In this document: one piece after another, positions 13,301-28,400 of the stretch
How the letters are laid out: every line of letters begins with the position of its first letter
Position numbering within the stretch: the stretch's first letter is position 1
Origin: Nageia nagi
Taxonomy: Eukaryota; Plantae; Pinophyta
DNA: 64,000 nt
Assembly: GCA_050084985.1 (NCBI GenBank)
Contig: JBITNC010000001.1
Span: 52,204,001-52,268,000, forward strand
Direction of reading: 5' to 3'
Translations under genes and position numbers: made by a program
Notes under the pieces: generated by a model
Told to the model about the DNA's origin: nothing
Database searches by the model: none
What the model saw: the letters and a program-made list of their open reading frames with translations, nothing else

Positions 13301-14677
13301 AAGTACTTGAAATTCAAGACTAGTCCTATTTAAAAGTCCTAGGGTTTTTGGTGTATCTAGTGAAGGATAAAGCAATGTGTCAAAAATAATTTTGGTTCAC
13401 CAATTGTTATAACCAAAATAATAATAATTAGGGTTATTTATATCATATTCAATTTAATTAATTAACCATAAAATAATAGTAAATGATGATATGAAATATG
13501 GAAATGACCTAATTAACCTTGGCCTATCAAATTGGATTTACAAAAGATACAAACATGTACTTTACATATTATAATGAATGAAGGTGATATTTGATCAAAA
13601 GAATATGAATGATGAGTTTTCCCAAAGAATGGAGCCATCAATCCAAACTCAACCCAACACCATCACTAAGATCACAATGACACTTCTTGGTTACCTTTAT
13701 AGAATGCTTCACCCTATTCTTGATGTTGTCATCATTCCTTTGAAGCTTGTAATATCATGTACAAATTGATGTTAAGGATCACAATAATGTAGAGCTCAAT
13801 GTATAACAAAATATAGATATGATAGGTAGCATTAAGAAACATTGATTAAGTATGATATAAACAATTGTCACCTATCAAGGATTCAAGATCATATCATAAT
13901 TACTTATGTACAACCCCTCTACCTTTATACGTAATAAGTTCAATGATAAGGCTCCTCCTTAGGCTTATTATAATTTCATGTCAACCTATTATCATAAAAC
14001 AAAAATATAGATGAGAGTGCACAATGATAAGAATAGTTATTTAATTAAATATATAAATCATTTTGAATATCTAAAAGGTATTTTAATTAAATTAAAATTC
14101 TTTTTTAGGTGTTAACATTAGGAATCAATTCATCCTTGAAAATATCATTGCAATTTGGGAGGGTGTGGGATGGATCAAAATTACTCAAAATAACAATATT
14201 TGGATTAAGATAGATCTAAAAAATGCTTATAAACACATTAAATTATAGTTCATTATTATTATGCTTCAGACTATTTATTTCAACCCCCATTTTTTAAGCC
14301 TAGAAATATTTTGTTTAAGAATGCCTTTGTATTCTAACCTACACAATATTAATACTAAAGTTATTTGGTTATTTCACTAGCTCCTTCTTTCAATGTTCTT
14401 ATTATAGATATTTTTAATTATATAGTTACTTAGGGTAGTGAAAGGTATTTTTCTCCCCTATAATCAAGGTCAACTTATCAATGGTCACATTCTTGATTAT
14501 TCCTTTCTAACTTTAAGAGATAAATAATAATTTCTCATATAGTTTTTACATTGCCTGGATAATTTTTATACTACCTCTAGATCAAGTGTCTAATGGCAAG
14601 ATTTTCCTAATTACTTAGAACAATTCTAGTGGAAATGGGCCTAGCTAGGAAAAATATTTAAATCATTGGGCATTTCT

Positions 14678-17600
14678 TGAGAAGTAATATACTTTAATTT
14701 CTTTGAAAAATAAAATCATTATATACATATAAGTTTTGGAAAAACATAGAAATAGATTGTTCTAAATATAAAGTCAAGTTATATGATCACAACTTTTTAT
14801 AATCGAATATAAAATCAAACTAATACTTGCTAAATCTACCCTATCATACTAGGAGACAACTAGATGAAACATCAACCCAAAATAGCAACATCTAGACTAA
14901 ATTTGAAGATAAAAATGTAGTCTTGGGTATACCAACCTGATCAAAGGAGATAGGAATACTACACTCGATGTTGAGTGCACTGTGCTTGGTTACTAGGGTG
15001 CATTACACTTGGGGAACAAGCTCTTGGGAAAATTGCACTTAAAAAATAAGTTGCTTTGCACATTGCACCTCTAGGAAGAGAGCTACAAAACTTAAGAAAC
15101 TCAGTCCTAGACCTCAAACAACAAGATAAGTTTTTAAAATTCTCCCCCTTAATGCTGAGGGGACTCACTAACATGATATTTATCTTTAGAAACTAAGTTT
15201 TAACAAATATTTTTGTGAAGATATTTGTAATATTATCCAAGGTATCACATTATCTTAATTTGATGATATCCTTCTCCACCATATCTAGGATGAAGTGATA
15301 CTTCATGCCAAAATGATTTAGATCTATTATGGTGGACTACATTATGTGCTAACTAGATGACACTTTGGTTTTGATAGAATAAAATAGTATTTTAACTTTG
15401 TCTCTCATTAAGTTCCTCTTAAACTTCTTGTAACCAAAATGCTTGGATACTAGAACTTACGATTGGAATATACTCTACTTCAGTAGATGAAAGAACAATA
15501 GTGGTTTGCTTCTTTGAACTCTATGAGATGAGTCCAAAACCAAGACTAAAATAATTTTTGGATGTATACTTTCAATCATCCAAGTTACTACCCCAATTAG
15601 AGTCACTATAGCCATAAAGTTTTACCTCATCATGCTTATAGTAGTGTATGCTAGAGTTTGATGTAACTTTGATGTACCTCAAAATACTCTTGGTTGCCTT
15701 CATATGTTCATCAATAGGATCACTCATGTACCTTAACACAAGTGAGACAACATGGGAAATATCTAGCCTAGTGTTGGTGAGAAACATCAAGCTTCTAACT
15801 AGCTTCTAAATATGATTACATCAACCTTTGGGGTATTTCATCATCTCTACATAATAGCTTGCCATGAGCTATTGGAGTGGTAAGTGGTTGGAATTCATCC
15901 ATACCATATTTTTTAACATATCATTAGCATATTTGGATTGAATAATGAAGATATCACCTTTGCATTGAGTTATCTCCATGCCAAGGAAGTAGTGCATCAG
16001 TATAAGATCCTTCATCTCAAATTCTTGCATCATAGAGGGCTCAAAATCATCATTTAATTATGCATAATTTCCCATATAGATCAAATCATCCACATACAAG
16101 CATAAAAGTAGAATATCTTGACCTTTCTTCATGATGTATAGAGTGGTATCATTCTTGATCCTTGTGAAATCATATTGATGGAAGTAACATTCAATCCTTG
16201 CATACCAAGCTCTTGGAGCACCTTCTTTAACTTGTACATAAGTTGTTCATGACTACCTTTTACCTCAAAGCCTTGAGGTTGTTGAACATATACCTATTCA
16301 TCTACATAGCTATTTAGGATTGGAATTTTAACATACATATGATTCAATTGCCAACATTTATGGGAATTCAAATAAAGAACCAATCAGATTATCTCTTACC
16401 TTGCTACCAAGTAAATGTCTCTTCATAGTTAATGCCATAGCATTAGGTGAAGCCCTTTGCTACAAGCCTTTCCTTATATCTCTTAATGCTCCCATACACA
16501 TTTTATTTGATCTTATAGACCCATTTGTAATGAACATATTTCATTTCTTGGGGAAGTTCCACAAGCTTTCAAGTATCATTTTTGTTAATGGAAAAAATAT
16601 CTTCCTCCATAGCCTTCAACCATAAATCATAAGCACAAGCTTTATCATAGTTAAATGGTTTAATTTATATATTATTTAAAAATGTATAATTAACTATATC
16701 ATCTTTGGATGCATGATCATCCTCATTACCATACATATTCAAATTTTCAAACCATTTTATAACTTTATCAAGTTCACTTGCTTGGCTCTTTATTAATCTC
16801 CTTGAGAAATTCTTATCCAACATTTGATTAGATGGATGTGCTTGAAGTATTATTTTACATTTCTTTACTTCTTCTATCTTGGTAATAGAAGAGTTTTCTT
16901 TGCTTTTTGATAAAAAGGCTACACTTTGGAATAGCTATCTCCATTGGATTCATCATCAACAATGAGTTTTTGATGATCCCATTCTCTCCCTTCACCAAAA
17001 ATTACATCTTTAGATACAACCTTAAATGTTTTTGGATTATATAATCTATATGCCTTGGTTTGATCACAATAGCCATAAAAAATACATGCTTGACTCTTAG
17101 GATTTAACTTTCTCCTATTTTCCTAAGGAATGTGAGCATAAGCCAGGCAACCAAAAAATCTAAAATGCTTAACATTAGGCTTTTTCTCATACCATGCCTC
17201 ATAAGGTGTGATGTCGTACAAGCTTAAGGTTGGAATTATATTCAAGATGTATACTATTATCATTGCTACATCAACCTAGTATATATTACTCAAGTTTTTT
17301 CTTTATAACATTCTCTTTTCCATCTCCACTATGGTCTAGTTCTTGCTCTTTGATACACCATTTTGTTGCAAAGTACATGAAGCTGCAAGTTGCCTCTTTA
17401 TTCCATAATCATTGCAAAACTTGAGGAATTCATTGGAGCAAAAATCTCCTCCTATATCAATACTTAAACACTTCATAACATATTCACTTTACTTTTCTAC
17501 ATGAGTTTTAAAATATTTAAAATATTCAAAAGATTAATACTTGGAAGTTAGCAATTAAATACAACACATCCTTATGAAATCATATATGAAAGTAAGGAAG

Positions 17601-18030
17601 TAGGAGTTTTTACAAATACTTTGTATTTTCATGAGGTCATAAATATCTAAATGCACTAATTAGAGGGGATAGGAATCTCTCCAAGCTTGGACTCTTAGAA
17701 ACTTCATCCATGAGTGGTTTCCCAATGCACATCCTTCACACACTATCTTCTCTTCTTCAATCTTGTGCAGCTCATGGACCATTTGTTGAGATTTCAACAA
17801 TCTCAAACTTGGATAGCATAAATGGCCATATCTTATATGCCAAAAATAATTCTTATTCTCCATAGCTACAATTGTTAGTTGGGTACAATATTCTCTAAAT
17901 TTGAGTGAAAATATTCTATTCTTGGTCATTGGGACTATAGTGACCAACCTATGACCATTGTTCTTATCATAGATTACACACTTTTCATCTTCAAAAATAA
18001 GTTTATAGTTATTCTCCATAGTTTATCCCA
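14678..18030 (-). mobile_element. 5'-truncated, heavily mutated Ty1/copia element: GAG-pre-integrase, INT, RT, RNase H, PPT, 3' LTR
   Basis: 17660-18019 has WHIRYGHL...CEGCALG; LYVDDLI at about 16100; 15572-15790 has YSDSNWG. PPT taagggggagaa at 15151-15140; LTR about 15138-14678. Confidence 0.9.
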
Positions 18031-18039
18031 CACATTGGA

Positions 18040-20780
18040 ACAAGAAGGCTAGGTGATGACTTTGAGGTGAGATATAGATCCAATGTGAGCTATATTAGGC
18101 CTTGGAGCATGATTCCTAGATATACTTAATTATTATTATTTCTTATACCATCCAATGGACACAAGTCTTGGCATAGCAACAAGCAATCTCCCTAGGTGCA
18201 ACATCTAGAAGTGTTAGCAGGCTAAGGGATTTTGTTAATCTAAGAATAGGATATATCATCTTAATCCATCTAGTGGTATTTTAACATCACACTTCTTCCT
18301 TTAGTAGTTTCCAAGTGTGGGAGTTCTACAATAGAGTATCCAAGGTTCAGGGACTAAGGTTATCCCGTCCATTATTCTATGGTACTAGCATTGATCATAT
18401 TTGTGTAGGTGTTGTACCCTAGTTGGCTCCTTAGAGGCCAACATTGATCTCTTTGGGCCTTGTATTGTATCATTTATTATTTTACATCATTAATATATCT
18501 ATTGGGTATTTAAATATCAATATTATCTTATGTATTCTTCTATATTGCAATGTTGAGGTATGATTGTGCATTTGTGCTTGTGTGAGCTAGATGTTGACAT
18601 TATTATGTTGTTTAATATTGAATTGGATTCCCTAGGCTAGGCATTAATATTTACTTATTTGATTTTTCTCATTTGCACTTGATATTATGTTTGGGATCCT
18701 ACATTTGTATTAGAGCTTGAATCTAGCCAACCTTTGAATTAAACTTGTAATTCACAACTACTACACTAGATCTAGCACCAAAAGAGAGATGGCTTCAGTA
18801 AATAAGAGTGGGAAGATGCAACATGAGGAAACCCTAGCTAGTATGGAGAATAAGGTAGAAGGAGGTAGATTGACATCATCTAGGAGAAGGAGCTCCATTC
18901 TAGCTAGATATTCTAGATCCTTAGAGGAAATTTAATGAGATCATTTTGACCATACATAACATGACAAGGATGATGATCACTATATAGAGGTAAATGATCA
19001 CCATTAATAAGTTCATTAGAGGTCAATAAGATTTAGAAACATATGTGAGCCCCACATGTCTTACTCTAGATGAAGAAGAAGAACTAATGGAGAGAGAGTC
19101 AATTTTAAGGAGATCACATAGCTTGAGAGATAAAGGGTCCACTCATCATGAATTCATGGATCACTAAGAGGCTAAATTTTTGAGATCCCATTCTCATAGA
19201 TCTCCATAGGGAACTAACCCTCTCCTAGGAAGGTTCCTAGAAGAGAATGTTTGGAAGATAGAGGAGCAACCCATTATTCTCAAATAATCCAAGCCCATAT
19301 TCTCTAAGAGATATACAGATGAAGTAAAGAATCAGATCCATAATCCTCTTGAGTTGAACCAAATTTTTAGGGAGTACTCCATATCATACCCATAACTGAG
19401 GAGGGACATGAATTTCAATGGCTACCTAGAGATCTTAGAGTTAAATGGAGTTATCTCTTCTGTCACATACTCATAAAGAAATTCATGGGGTAATAAGAGA
19501 GATTTACATTAGAAGATAAATAAAATGCAAGTTCCCTTATATGATAATAAGAAGATGATGGCTAGGGCTTGGCTCCATTAGCTGTAGATGTACTTTACTA
19601 TGATTTTGAACATGTTGGAGGAGGATGAGATTCATTTTGCATCATTGCATTTTAAGGGTTATACCCTTGAATGGTGGTAGCATGTAGTGATCATCCAGGA
19701 TTATCTCCCACATTTCTTATTTTGATGAGTTTGCTTGAATAGTAGTGAAGAGGTTTTATAGAAAGAGAGAGAATGAGTACTTCAAAGATTTGACATATCT
19801 AAAGCAGTAGAGTCTAATGGATGAGTATGTGTTAGATTTCCAAAAAATTATATTCATGGTCCACAACATTCTTAAGGAGATACTAACCTTCCTCTTCATA
19901 GAAGGTTTGATGGAATCTTTGTAGGGAATGGTTAAGGTTTCAAGACCATGAAACCTTGATGATGCCATTAGGGTCATGTATGACTTAGATCCTACCATGA
20001 TCTCTCTTAAGGGAGGGTATATGTATAAAAGGTAGGCCACTTAGAGAATGTTTGCAGATAAATATGAGCCTAATAGGACCAACCCCTTTCCTCTACCTCA
20101 AATAGGCCAGCAGTAAGCAACTAATAGGAGGAAATTGAGAGAAAATAAAAAATGCTTCTATTGTAAGAAGACATGAGATCTAGGAAACTATTACCAAGGC
20201 AAAGGGTAGGTGAAATACATTGAGATATTTTCAAATGATGATGATGATTCAATTTTGGATCTTGGTACAGACATGTTGGACCAAGAGGAACCCAAAGTAG
20301 AAGTTTCATTGGGAAGCATGATTGCTTTACTCCATGGGGTGAAAAAGTATCTCACATAGAAGGTAGTAGTGCAAGAAGGTGTCTAAGATGTGATGGTCTT
20401 AATCAACCCTAGAGCATCTCATAATTTCATTAATGAGGGCCTTACAAAGAAGAAAGGCCTCAAACAAGGGGTCCAAAGGCATACTCACTTTGGTAGACCA
20501 AATCATGGAGAGATTTGGGATGAGATTGTAAAGCTACATGGTGAGAGTAGGTTTTTATGTATATCCTCTAAAGGGACACCCTCATATCATATTATGTGTA
20601 TAGTGGCTATTCAAGTTGGGTGACATTCACACCAATTACAAGAATCTCACCATGAGTTTTGATATTGAGGGTAAGACCCATACCCTATAGGGAATTTAGG
20701 ATGATTGTGTACAAGTTACCAACAAGAAATTAGAGGTGATTAAGCAACATCAAAAGGGGAAAGAGGAAGAAAATGATCCC
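18040..20780 (+). mobile_element. Decayed chromovirus-like (Reina/IFG-type) Ty3/gypsy gag and protease with no RT downstream
   Basis: About 19520-19980 translates as MMARAWLH*L...FASLHFKGYTLEWW...FLFIEGLMESL (gag). ORF 20390 has VLINPRASHNFI (decayed LIDSGATHNFI protease). Confidence 0.7.
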
Positions 20781-21400
20781 ACATTAGACATTGAGGGCTT
20801 TAGCACTATATAATAGGAATTGGTGAGCTTCCATGCCCCACATTGTATATGGAGGAGCTTTGGCACTAGATAAGAAGCAATGATGATCTTCTAAATCCTA
20901 ATTTAGATATGGAGGAGCCTTGGTACATGATATTGAGAAAATATGAGCTCATACACCCCATGTTGGATAAGGAGGGGCTTTTACACCTCACATTGGATAG
21001 GGAGGAGCCTAGGTACTTGATGTTGAGCATTGAGGGGATCTTGCATCCCATGTTATACCTAGAGAGGCTTAGGCACCAAACATTAGGCATGGAGGAGTTC
21101 TTGCATCCCACATTAGGCATGGAGAGGCTTAGGCACCCAACGTTATGCATGGAGGAGTTATTGCATCCCACATTGAGCTTAGAGAGGCTTAGGCATCCAA
21201 CATGAGTCATGGAGGAGTCTTAGAATCCCATGTTGGACCTAGAGAGGCTTAGATACCTAACATTGGATATGAGAGAGTATTGGAATCCCATTTTGAGCAA
21301 AGAGGGGCCACAACACCTCACATTGGGCTTGAAGGAAAATTGAAATATCATGTTGGAAATTGGGAGATATTGACACCCCATGTTGAGCTTAGGGAATTCT
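20780..21400 (+). repeat. 30-bp tandem array (about 20 copies; 10-aa repeat ERLRHPTLGM/EELLHPTLSL)
   Basis: The unit cacattgagcatggaggagcttaggcatcc is repeated; it is visible in ORFs 20909-21205 (+) and 20866-21210 (-). Confidence 0.9.
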
Positions 21401-21926
21401 TGGCAACAACCATGGAGAAAAGGCTCCATATTTTTCTATTGATGCTTGGTCTTCTTGATATTTTTGTAGGTACATCTATTTATAAATGTCTCAATAACAA
21501 AATTATTGATCGATGTTCTATGATTTAATTTACATCATTCATTAGAGTTTGTACCCATAAACAAGAAGAAATTTCCAATGATAAAATAATAATTAGAATA
21601 GTTGAAATAAAAGTACTAAACAAATTAGTAATACAATGAATTTAAAGTTATGGGGTATATATATTAATATGAAATTCAATACATAAGCCGAAATATGGAG
21701 AGATATATGTATTCTTATTACAAGTTCAAAATAGTATTTCTCTTATATTCTATCTCTATCTCTCTTATACATTCATGTACATCTATTTGATTTGTCTCTA
21801 TCTCCTTCTATCTCTTAGTCTCTCTTTTATTGACTTGATGGTTTTACACTTAAAATAGGTCTTTTATGTTTATATAGGTGCATCACTTTCATCATAATAT
21901 GACAATTTTCCTTAATTATTCATTTA

Positions 21927-22420
21927 TGATAGGTTCCATTAGTAATGCTTCATTCACCTAGTTGTTAAGTTGATGAAGTTGTTAAGTTGCTAAGTTGGTA
22001 ACTCATTGAGATTTTAGTTTCTAATTCTCTATTGCTAACATCTTTGTTAATCTTACCTCTTTTGAGATTACTTTTTTCTCAAATTTCCCCCTAAACCATT
22101 TTGGTTATAATTTGGGATACAGTAACAATATTTTCCATGATCATGAATATATTGCTTATAATGAGAATAATGATAGGATCCATTGCTAACGCTTCATTCA
22201 CCTAGTTGTTAAGTTGAGGAAGTCGTTAATTTGCTAAGTCCATAAGTCATTAAGATTTTAGTTTTTAATTCTCTTTTACCAACATATTTCTTAATCTTAG
22301 CCTTTTTTGAGATTACTTTTTTCTTAAATTTCTCCCTAAACTATTTCAATTATAATTTGGGATATAGAATCCAATATTTTCCATGATCATGAATATATTT
22401 ATTATAATGAGAATAATGAT
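21927..22420. repeat. Two-copy tandem duplication, period about 244 bp
   Basis: tgataggttccattagtaatgcttcattcacctagttgttaag...ataatgagaataatgat occurs at about 21927-22174 and 22171-22420 with scattered substitutions. Confidence 0.85.
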
Positions 22421-22479
22421 ATGTCTTACAATCATTTTTATTTTATGTGGCATTAATTTTATCATTCTCTTATGGCTTC

Positions 22480-25400
22480 AACTTGGAACTTTACTCCTCA
22501 ATTCTAGATTTTACATAAGCCTTCAAATGTTGCATATGAACACACACTTGATCCAAATATAAAGGAATAAAAAGTAATATGGTATGAAAAAATAAAATGA
22601 AATATCTAATATATTTTAGCAACATCTATTGGCTCTTCAAAGAAACACCCATCAATGTTTCCCTCTTCTTAAATTTAGTTGTATAATCTAAGATACTTTG
22701 CCCTTTTCTTGATTTGAAATGAAACTACTCCATGATTTTTTTTGACACCTAAAAGTGATTCCCTTAATACTATCCCACTTAGGTGAAACTTACATACATA
22801 TTTAATCATATTTTACCTTATTATCACATATTAATTAGGTTTTATTCTTATGTTTTATGTTAGGTACATCAAGTAGCTTCAACTAATATTCAAGGGGTCA
22901 AATGGTGAATCACATTTGATATAAATGTAAGTATCTCTAAAATAGGGAAATCATGTCAATATCACATATCAATATTTGGTACCCTATACTTGGATATTTA
23001 TAAATGTTTCCTATTAAGATTGGAAACTTGTTATCACTCAAGAAAATATCTATCATCCATTTCTATAATAACATGCTTGGTTCAACTTGTCATCATCTCT
23101 GTTGTCATCAATCCTTATTAGTGAACCTCATTCTTCAAGAAAATTTGTGTTTGCATTGATATCCATGCCCATGTTGACATCCATGATCTTGTTGAGCTTT
23201 CAGATACTAGCTCCCATGCTAGCATTCCTTCTACAGTTGGCCTTGGGGTTCACATAGCAAGGTCATCTATCTTTGACAAGTTCATACATCATATTCTTAA
23301 CATTGATATAGGTAAGGACACACATGTATTTATATTTCACTAGATTCCTTTATCTTCAGTACATGTAGTTGCATTTTACATCTTAACATCAATATGATTT
23401 TATTATTGCACTATTGAATTACCTTTTTCATGTATGTATCAGTTAATTAGCTTAGGTTCATCATATAATAAATGTTTATGTGCTTTTAGTTCATTTATAA
23501 GTAAAACCTAGGTGTATCAAAACACATTTCAACATATTGGTGTCCACATTTTATAGTATTTTATTTCTCTACATTAGGATAAGAATGTAAGTACTGTCAA
23601 ACCTACCTATATTTTACATCAAAAACCCTAGCATTATTGGTTTTATTTTATCTAGATTTAATGAATGTGATAGAAATGGTGAGTATGACTCCCAAATTCT
23701 TGACCAAATTGATGGAAATGCCCAAGTTTCAAGTTCTAATTATGAAATCATCTACCCCAATAGTCCAAATTACCACTCATATTAGTGAGGACACTGCCAT
23801 TAGTGCCAATGCTAACAATAGTGCAAATACTAGGAATCATGCATCCAATTCAAGAAATTTCATCCATGAAGATTTCAAACATCTCAAGTCTCAAGTTGCA
23901 CATTTTAAATAGTCATAAACAAACAAAGGTCCATTTAGCATGGAATCAACAAATTACCTAGCATAATTCAATACACTCCTTGTTGGTACAAATAAGGATC
24001 CCAATTTTGAAAAGTTTAATGGTGAGACTAATCCTATTACTCATATTCAAGGTTTTGAATACATTTAGAGCTTAAATGTGGTGTTAATGAGCATTTAAAA
24101 AAAAATACTTTTCTATGAGCTTGATTAGTGAAGCTTGAAATTGGTTTCATAGCTTGGAACTAGGTTCCATAACATCTTATCAATAATTGAAGAATCAATT
24201 CTAGGCTCACTTCAAGGGAAAATGGAGAGGTTGTACAAATTTGCTCCTAGATTCATCAAACTTTGTAGGTCCATTAAATAAAAGGTGAAATAAAGCTTCA
24301 TTTCAAAGGTATTCCTTGAAAACATTCATCTTGTTCTTGGCAAAAAAGGGCTTGAGCATATTAGTGGTTCATTTATGCATATGGTTCATTTTGTTATTGA
24401 GAACTAAGAATTCTTAGTAAGGTATAATTTTCTTAAGCATACATCATGCTCCTCCAACAAATATAATGGTAGGAAGCCCTATAAAAAAAGGATGATAATT
24501 TAGTTAATGATGTTGAACCATCTCACCAAGAAAAACCTAAGGATAGAAAATGAGCTAAAGATATGTATCCATTTCCTGTAAACCCTAACCAAATGTTTGA
24601 ATACTACTTAAATAAGGGTTTAATAAAAAGAATTGAAGGAAAGGAATATGGACCTAATAATGAGTAACTTAGTTGGTATAGGTATAATCAATTTTGTAAA
24701 TATCATCAAATCAAATGGCATAATACAATAGTTTGCTATGTTTTGATAAATAAATGATAACACTTATTGGATAGTGGTACATTTTCATATGAAAATGATG
24801 TACTCAAGACTTATCTTCCATTGACATGGTAAATATTATTATCTATGATGATAATGGTGAACCTATTGGGTTTGATGATGAATTTAGTGTAAAGGCAGAT
24901 TCAGATGCATATTCAAATTTGGAATAAACATGCAATGCAACAACATGATCAAAGAAAGATATTCCTAACCTGATTTTTTTTTCAAAAGAGGTACCTTATT
25001 AATCTTCTCTTAAGGAAAAGAGGAAAGACAAATGCAAAAAATTATCTTGCAAAATCTTAAAAATAAAAATGCTAAAATCAATTTTCTTGAATTATTTGAG
25101 ATATCTAAAGAGCATAGACTAGCCTTATTCAAACTTCTTAGTGATATTGATGTTGATACAAATATTTCTACTAGATCATTAGTAGGAATAATTAGTTTTT
25201 TCAAGAATGCTATCACATTTATTGAATATGAAATTCCTAATGATTATATCATTGATAAATGCTTATCAATTCATGTATGTGTAAAGCTACTAGGTAAAAC
25301 AATCAAGCATGAATTTGTAAATGTTGTTGCAGGCTTAAACATTTGTTTCATTGAATTCCTCAAGAATTTTGGAGATAAGTTAATGCTAAAATTTGTATGA

Positions 25401-28400
25401 AAGAACTACAAGATCATAGTATATAATAGTGATAGTAAAGCATATGTTTCACATATCATGTTACCTATTCAATTGGGACCAAATATAGTATAATTTATGA
25501 CCTATGTGCTATAAAATAAGCTTCCTTATGACATCATCCTTGGGATATTGTAGATACATCCTATGAGGTTTATACCATCTACATTAAATAAATTGGTTAA
25601 ATTTAACTGTGATGAACAAGAATATGTAGTTGAAGCAATGGATGAAAATCTAAACATGATTGTAGAAGTTGGGAAAACTATAGTCCCATACTAAAATGTT
25701 GAAATCCATGAGGCTAATGGTGAAGATAGTGAGGAAGATGAAGAGGATAATGATATTATTTAGCTATACAAATAAATACGTATTGGAAAATATGCCTTAG
25801 TTAGAAGGTTTTTGAAGAAGATATCAATTAACTAGGTAAATATCAAAGCTAAGGATGACTAGAATTCATGCCAGCATTAGCACCCATGCTCATCCTAGTA
25901 CCTATGCTACCTTCATTATTGCAAATGCAATCAAGATTAATCATAGTTTGAATAATATGATGTTAGGATGATATTGTACAATACTGACACTTTAGAATTA
26001 GATTTATAATGAGATAAGAAAACAACAAAGTGGAAACCTATCTAAATTCAATAAAAAACCAATCATATAAGGTTTCATGCACCTTTGATATCACAATACA
26101 TGGAATCCAAAAAATACAAAGGTTAAGACCTTGGTAGATATGAATAGGAATCGAAGAATTACCTATCAAGATATTTGAGTCAAATGAAGGCAAGATGTGG
26201 CCTAGGAACAAATAAGGTAAATCAAAATAACTTGATCTCTTACAATAATTATGAAGATTTGAAATATAATACCAGTTGTAGTTAGTCAACATGGTTGATT
26301 TATCATCAAAAATAAAGGGAAAATCTTCTACAAAAACTAGTGCCCCATGCTAGCTCAATGCTCATGCTAACCCTAGCACTCGCATTAATAAAATAGATCA
26401 TGAATCCTCTTATCCTATGCTTGATAGTATAGTTTCTAGGTCTATTGATATGTTTAAAATTGATGATGTACTCTTGAACATGCTAGGAGCATGACTAGAG
26501 TGCAAATCATTCCACCCCAAGAGGCAAGGTAAGGTTACTTATCATCTGGATTCCTATTTTGGAGAGGAGATGAAGGACATAGCAAGATTGGGCCACTACC
26601 TAATATATCTCAACATGGTGATGAGATACCATGGTTAAATGAGCCTCATATGGAGATAAACATTGCTACAAAAGAGGTACCAAATATTATTCATATTGGA
26701 TGAATCATTGGGAAGGATAAGAAAATATATTATTAGTTCCTAATAGAGTTCAAGGACATATTTTCTTGGTATTATAATGATGTGATAGGCCTAGAACCAA
26801 CCTTTATGACTATTAATTTGATGGTACATGAAGGTGGCAAACCTATATAATAGAAAAGTAAACCAATGCATCCAAAGCACTCTTTGTTATTCAAGAAGGA
26901 GATTGATAAATATCATAAAGAAGGATTAATTGAACCCATTTACTACTCACCTTGGTTAGCCAACATTGTTTTGGCTTTGAATCTAAATGGAGAAATCATA
27001 TGTTGTACAAATTTCAAGGATTTGAATAAGACTTTTCTAAAATATAACTTTTCATTTCCACACATTGATACAATTTTGGACTCTATAGTAAGACATGAGA
27101 TGTTATCATTCATGGATGGTTTCTCAGGATATAATCAAATTAGGATCAATGAATAAGATTAGCATTTAAGATATCCTTCACCAAACCTTGGGGGGTATTT
27201 TGTTGGGTATTCATACCCTTTGGTCTAAAAATGCAAGGAAACATATCAAAGAGAAATGATAATTATGTTTCATGACCTTATTCATAAATTAGTTGAAGTT
27301 TATGCTGATAATATTCTTGCTAAGTCAACTAAGAAGGAAAATTATTTAGAGTACTTAAGAGTCATTTTTGAAAGGATGAGACAATTAAACCTAAAGCTAA
27401 ATCCTAAGAAGTGTATCTTTGGGGTTTCTAGTGGAAAATTATTGGGTTACATCATATCTAGAAGAGGTATAGAGATAGATCCCAAGAACATTAAAGCTAT
27501 CATGGATATGCTTCTATCAAGAAATATTAGTTAGCTTAGAAGTCTTGAAGGAATTTACTAGCAGTCAAGAATTTTATGGCTCAATTAGTAGATAGGATAG
27601 CTTTTTTCCCTCACTTTCTCAAGAAGGAAAATCAATTCATATGGATAAAAGAGTGTAAAAACTCATTTGAGAACATCAAGAGTTACTTACGTATTCATCA
27701 TATTTTACACCTAGTTGATCACATCAATCATTTATACTTATAAATTTTAGCTACATCCAATGCTATTGGGATATTCCTTATGCAATTGGACAATGAAAAT
27801 ATGGAAAGGGTTGTATACTACTTATCAAAGACACTACAGAACATAAATCTCAACTACACACCTATTGAGAAGTTGTGTTATGTCATAGTCTACACAACTC
27901 AAAAATTGAGGCATTACATGATCACTAACACTACTTTCATTGTGGCTTAAGCTAATCCACTAAGGTATTTACAATCAAAATTATAATTGCAAGAAGACCA
28001 ACCAAATGGATCATAGAACTTTAAGAGTTTGATCTTCTTTACACAAGACAAAAAATAATCAAAAAATAGGTTATAGCTAATATGTTTGCAATAATACTAT
28101 GTGATGAAAATAGTAATAAAAATGATCTTGTGGTACTAGTTGAGCATTGTGAGGATAAGACATGGATAGTATTTTTTATGGCTCCAAATATTTGCAAGGG
28201 AATGGGCCAAGAATTGTGCTTGTATCTCCTGAAGGTGGTATGATTCTTATGGCTTACATAAGCTATTAATACTAGGATATTATTAGCCATTTATGGAAAA
28301 GGATTACATTTTACATGTTTAAAAATGTCAAAAATATCAAAAGCATGCTATCTTGAAATAAGCTCCTTCAAGTAAATTAGCAATAATGACATCACCTTGG

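Noticed and set aside
5318-15138. The two similar LTR segments as the paired LTRs of one 10-kb element
   Set aside because: The PBS and PPT lie outside the interval, not inside it; homology covers only half the LTR; no TSD.
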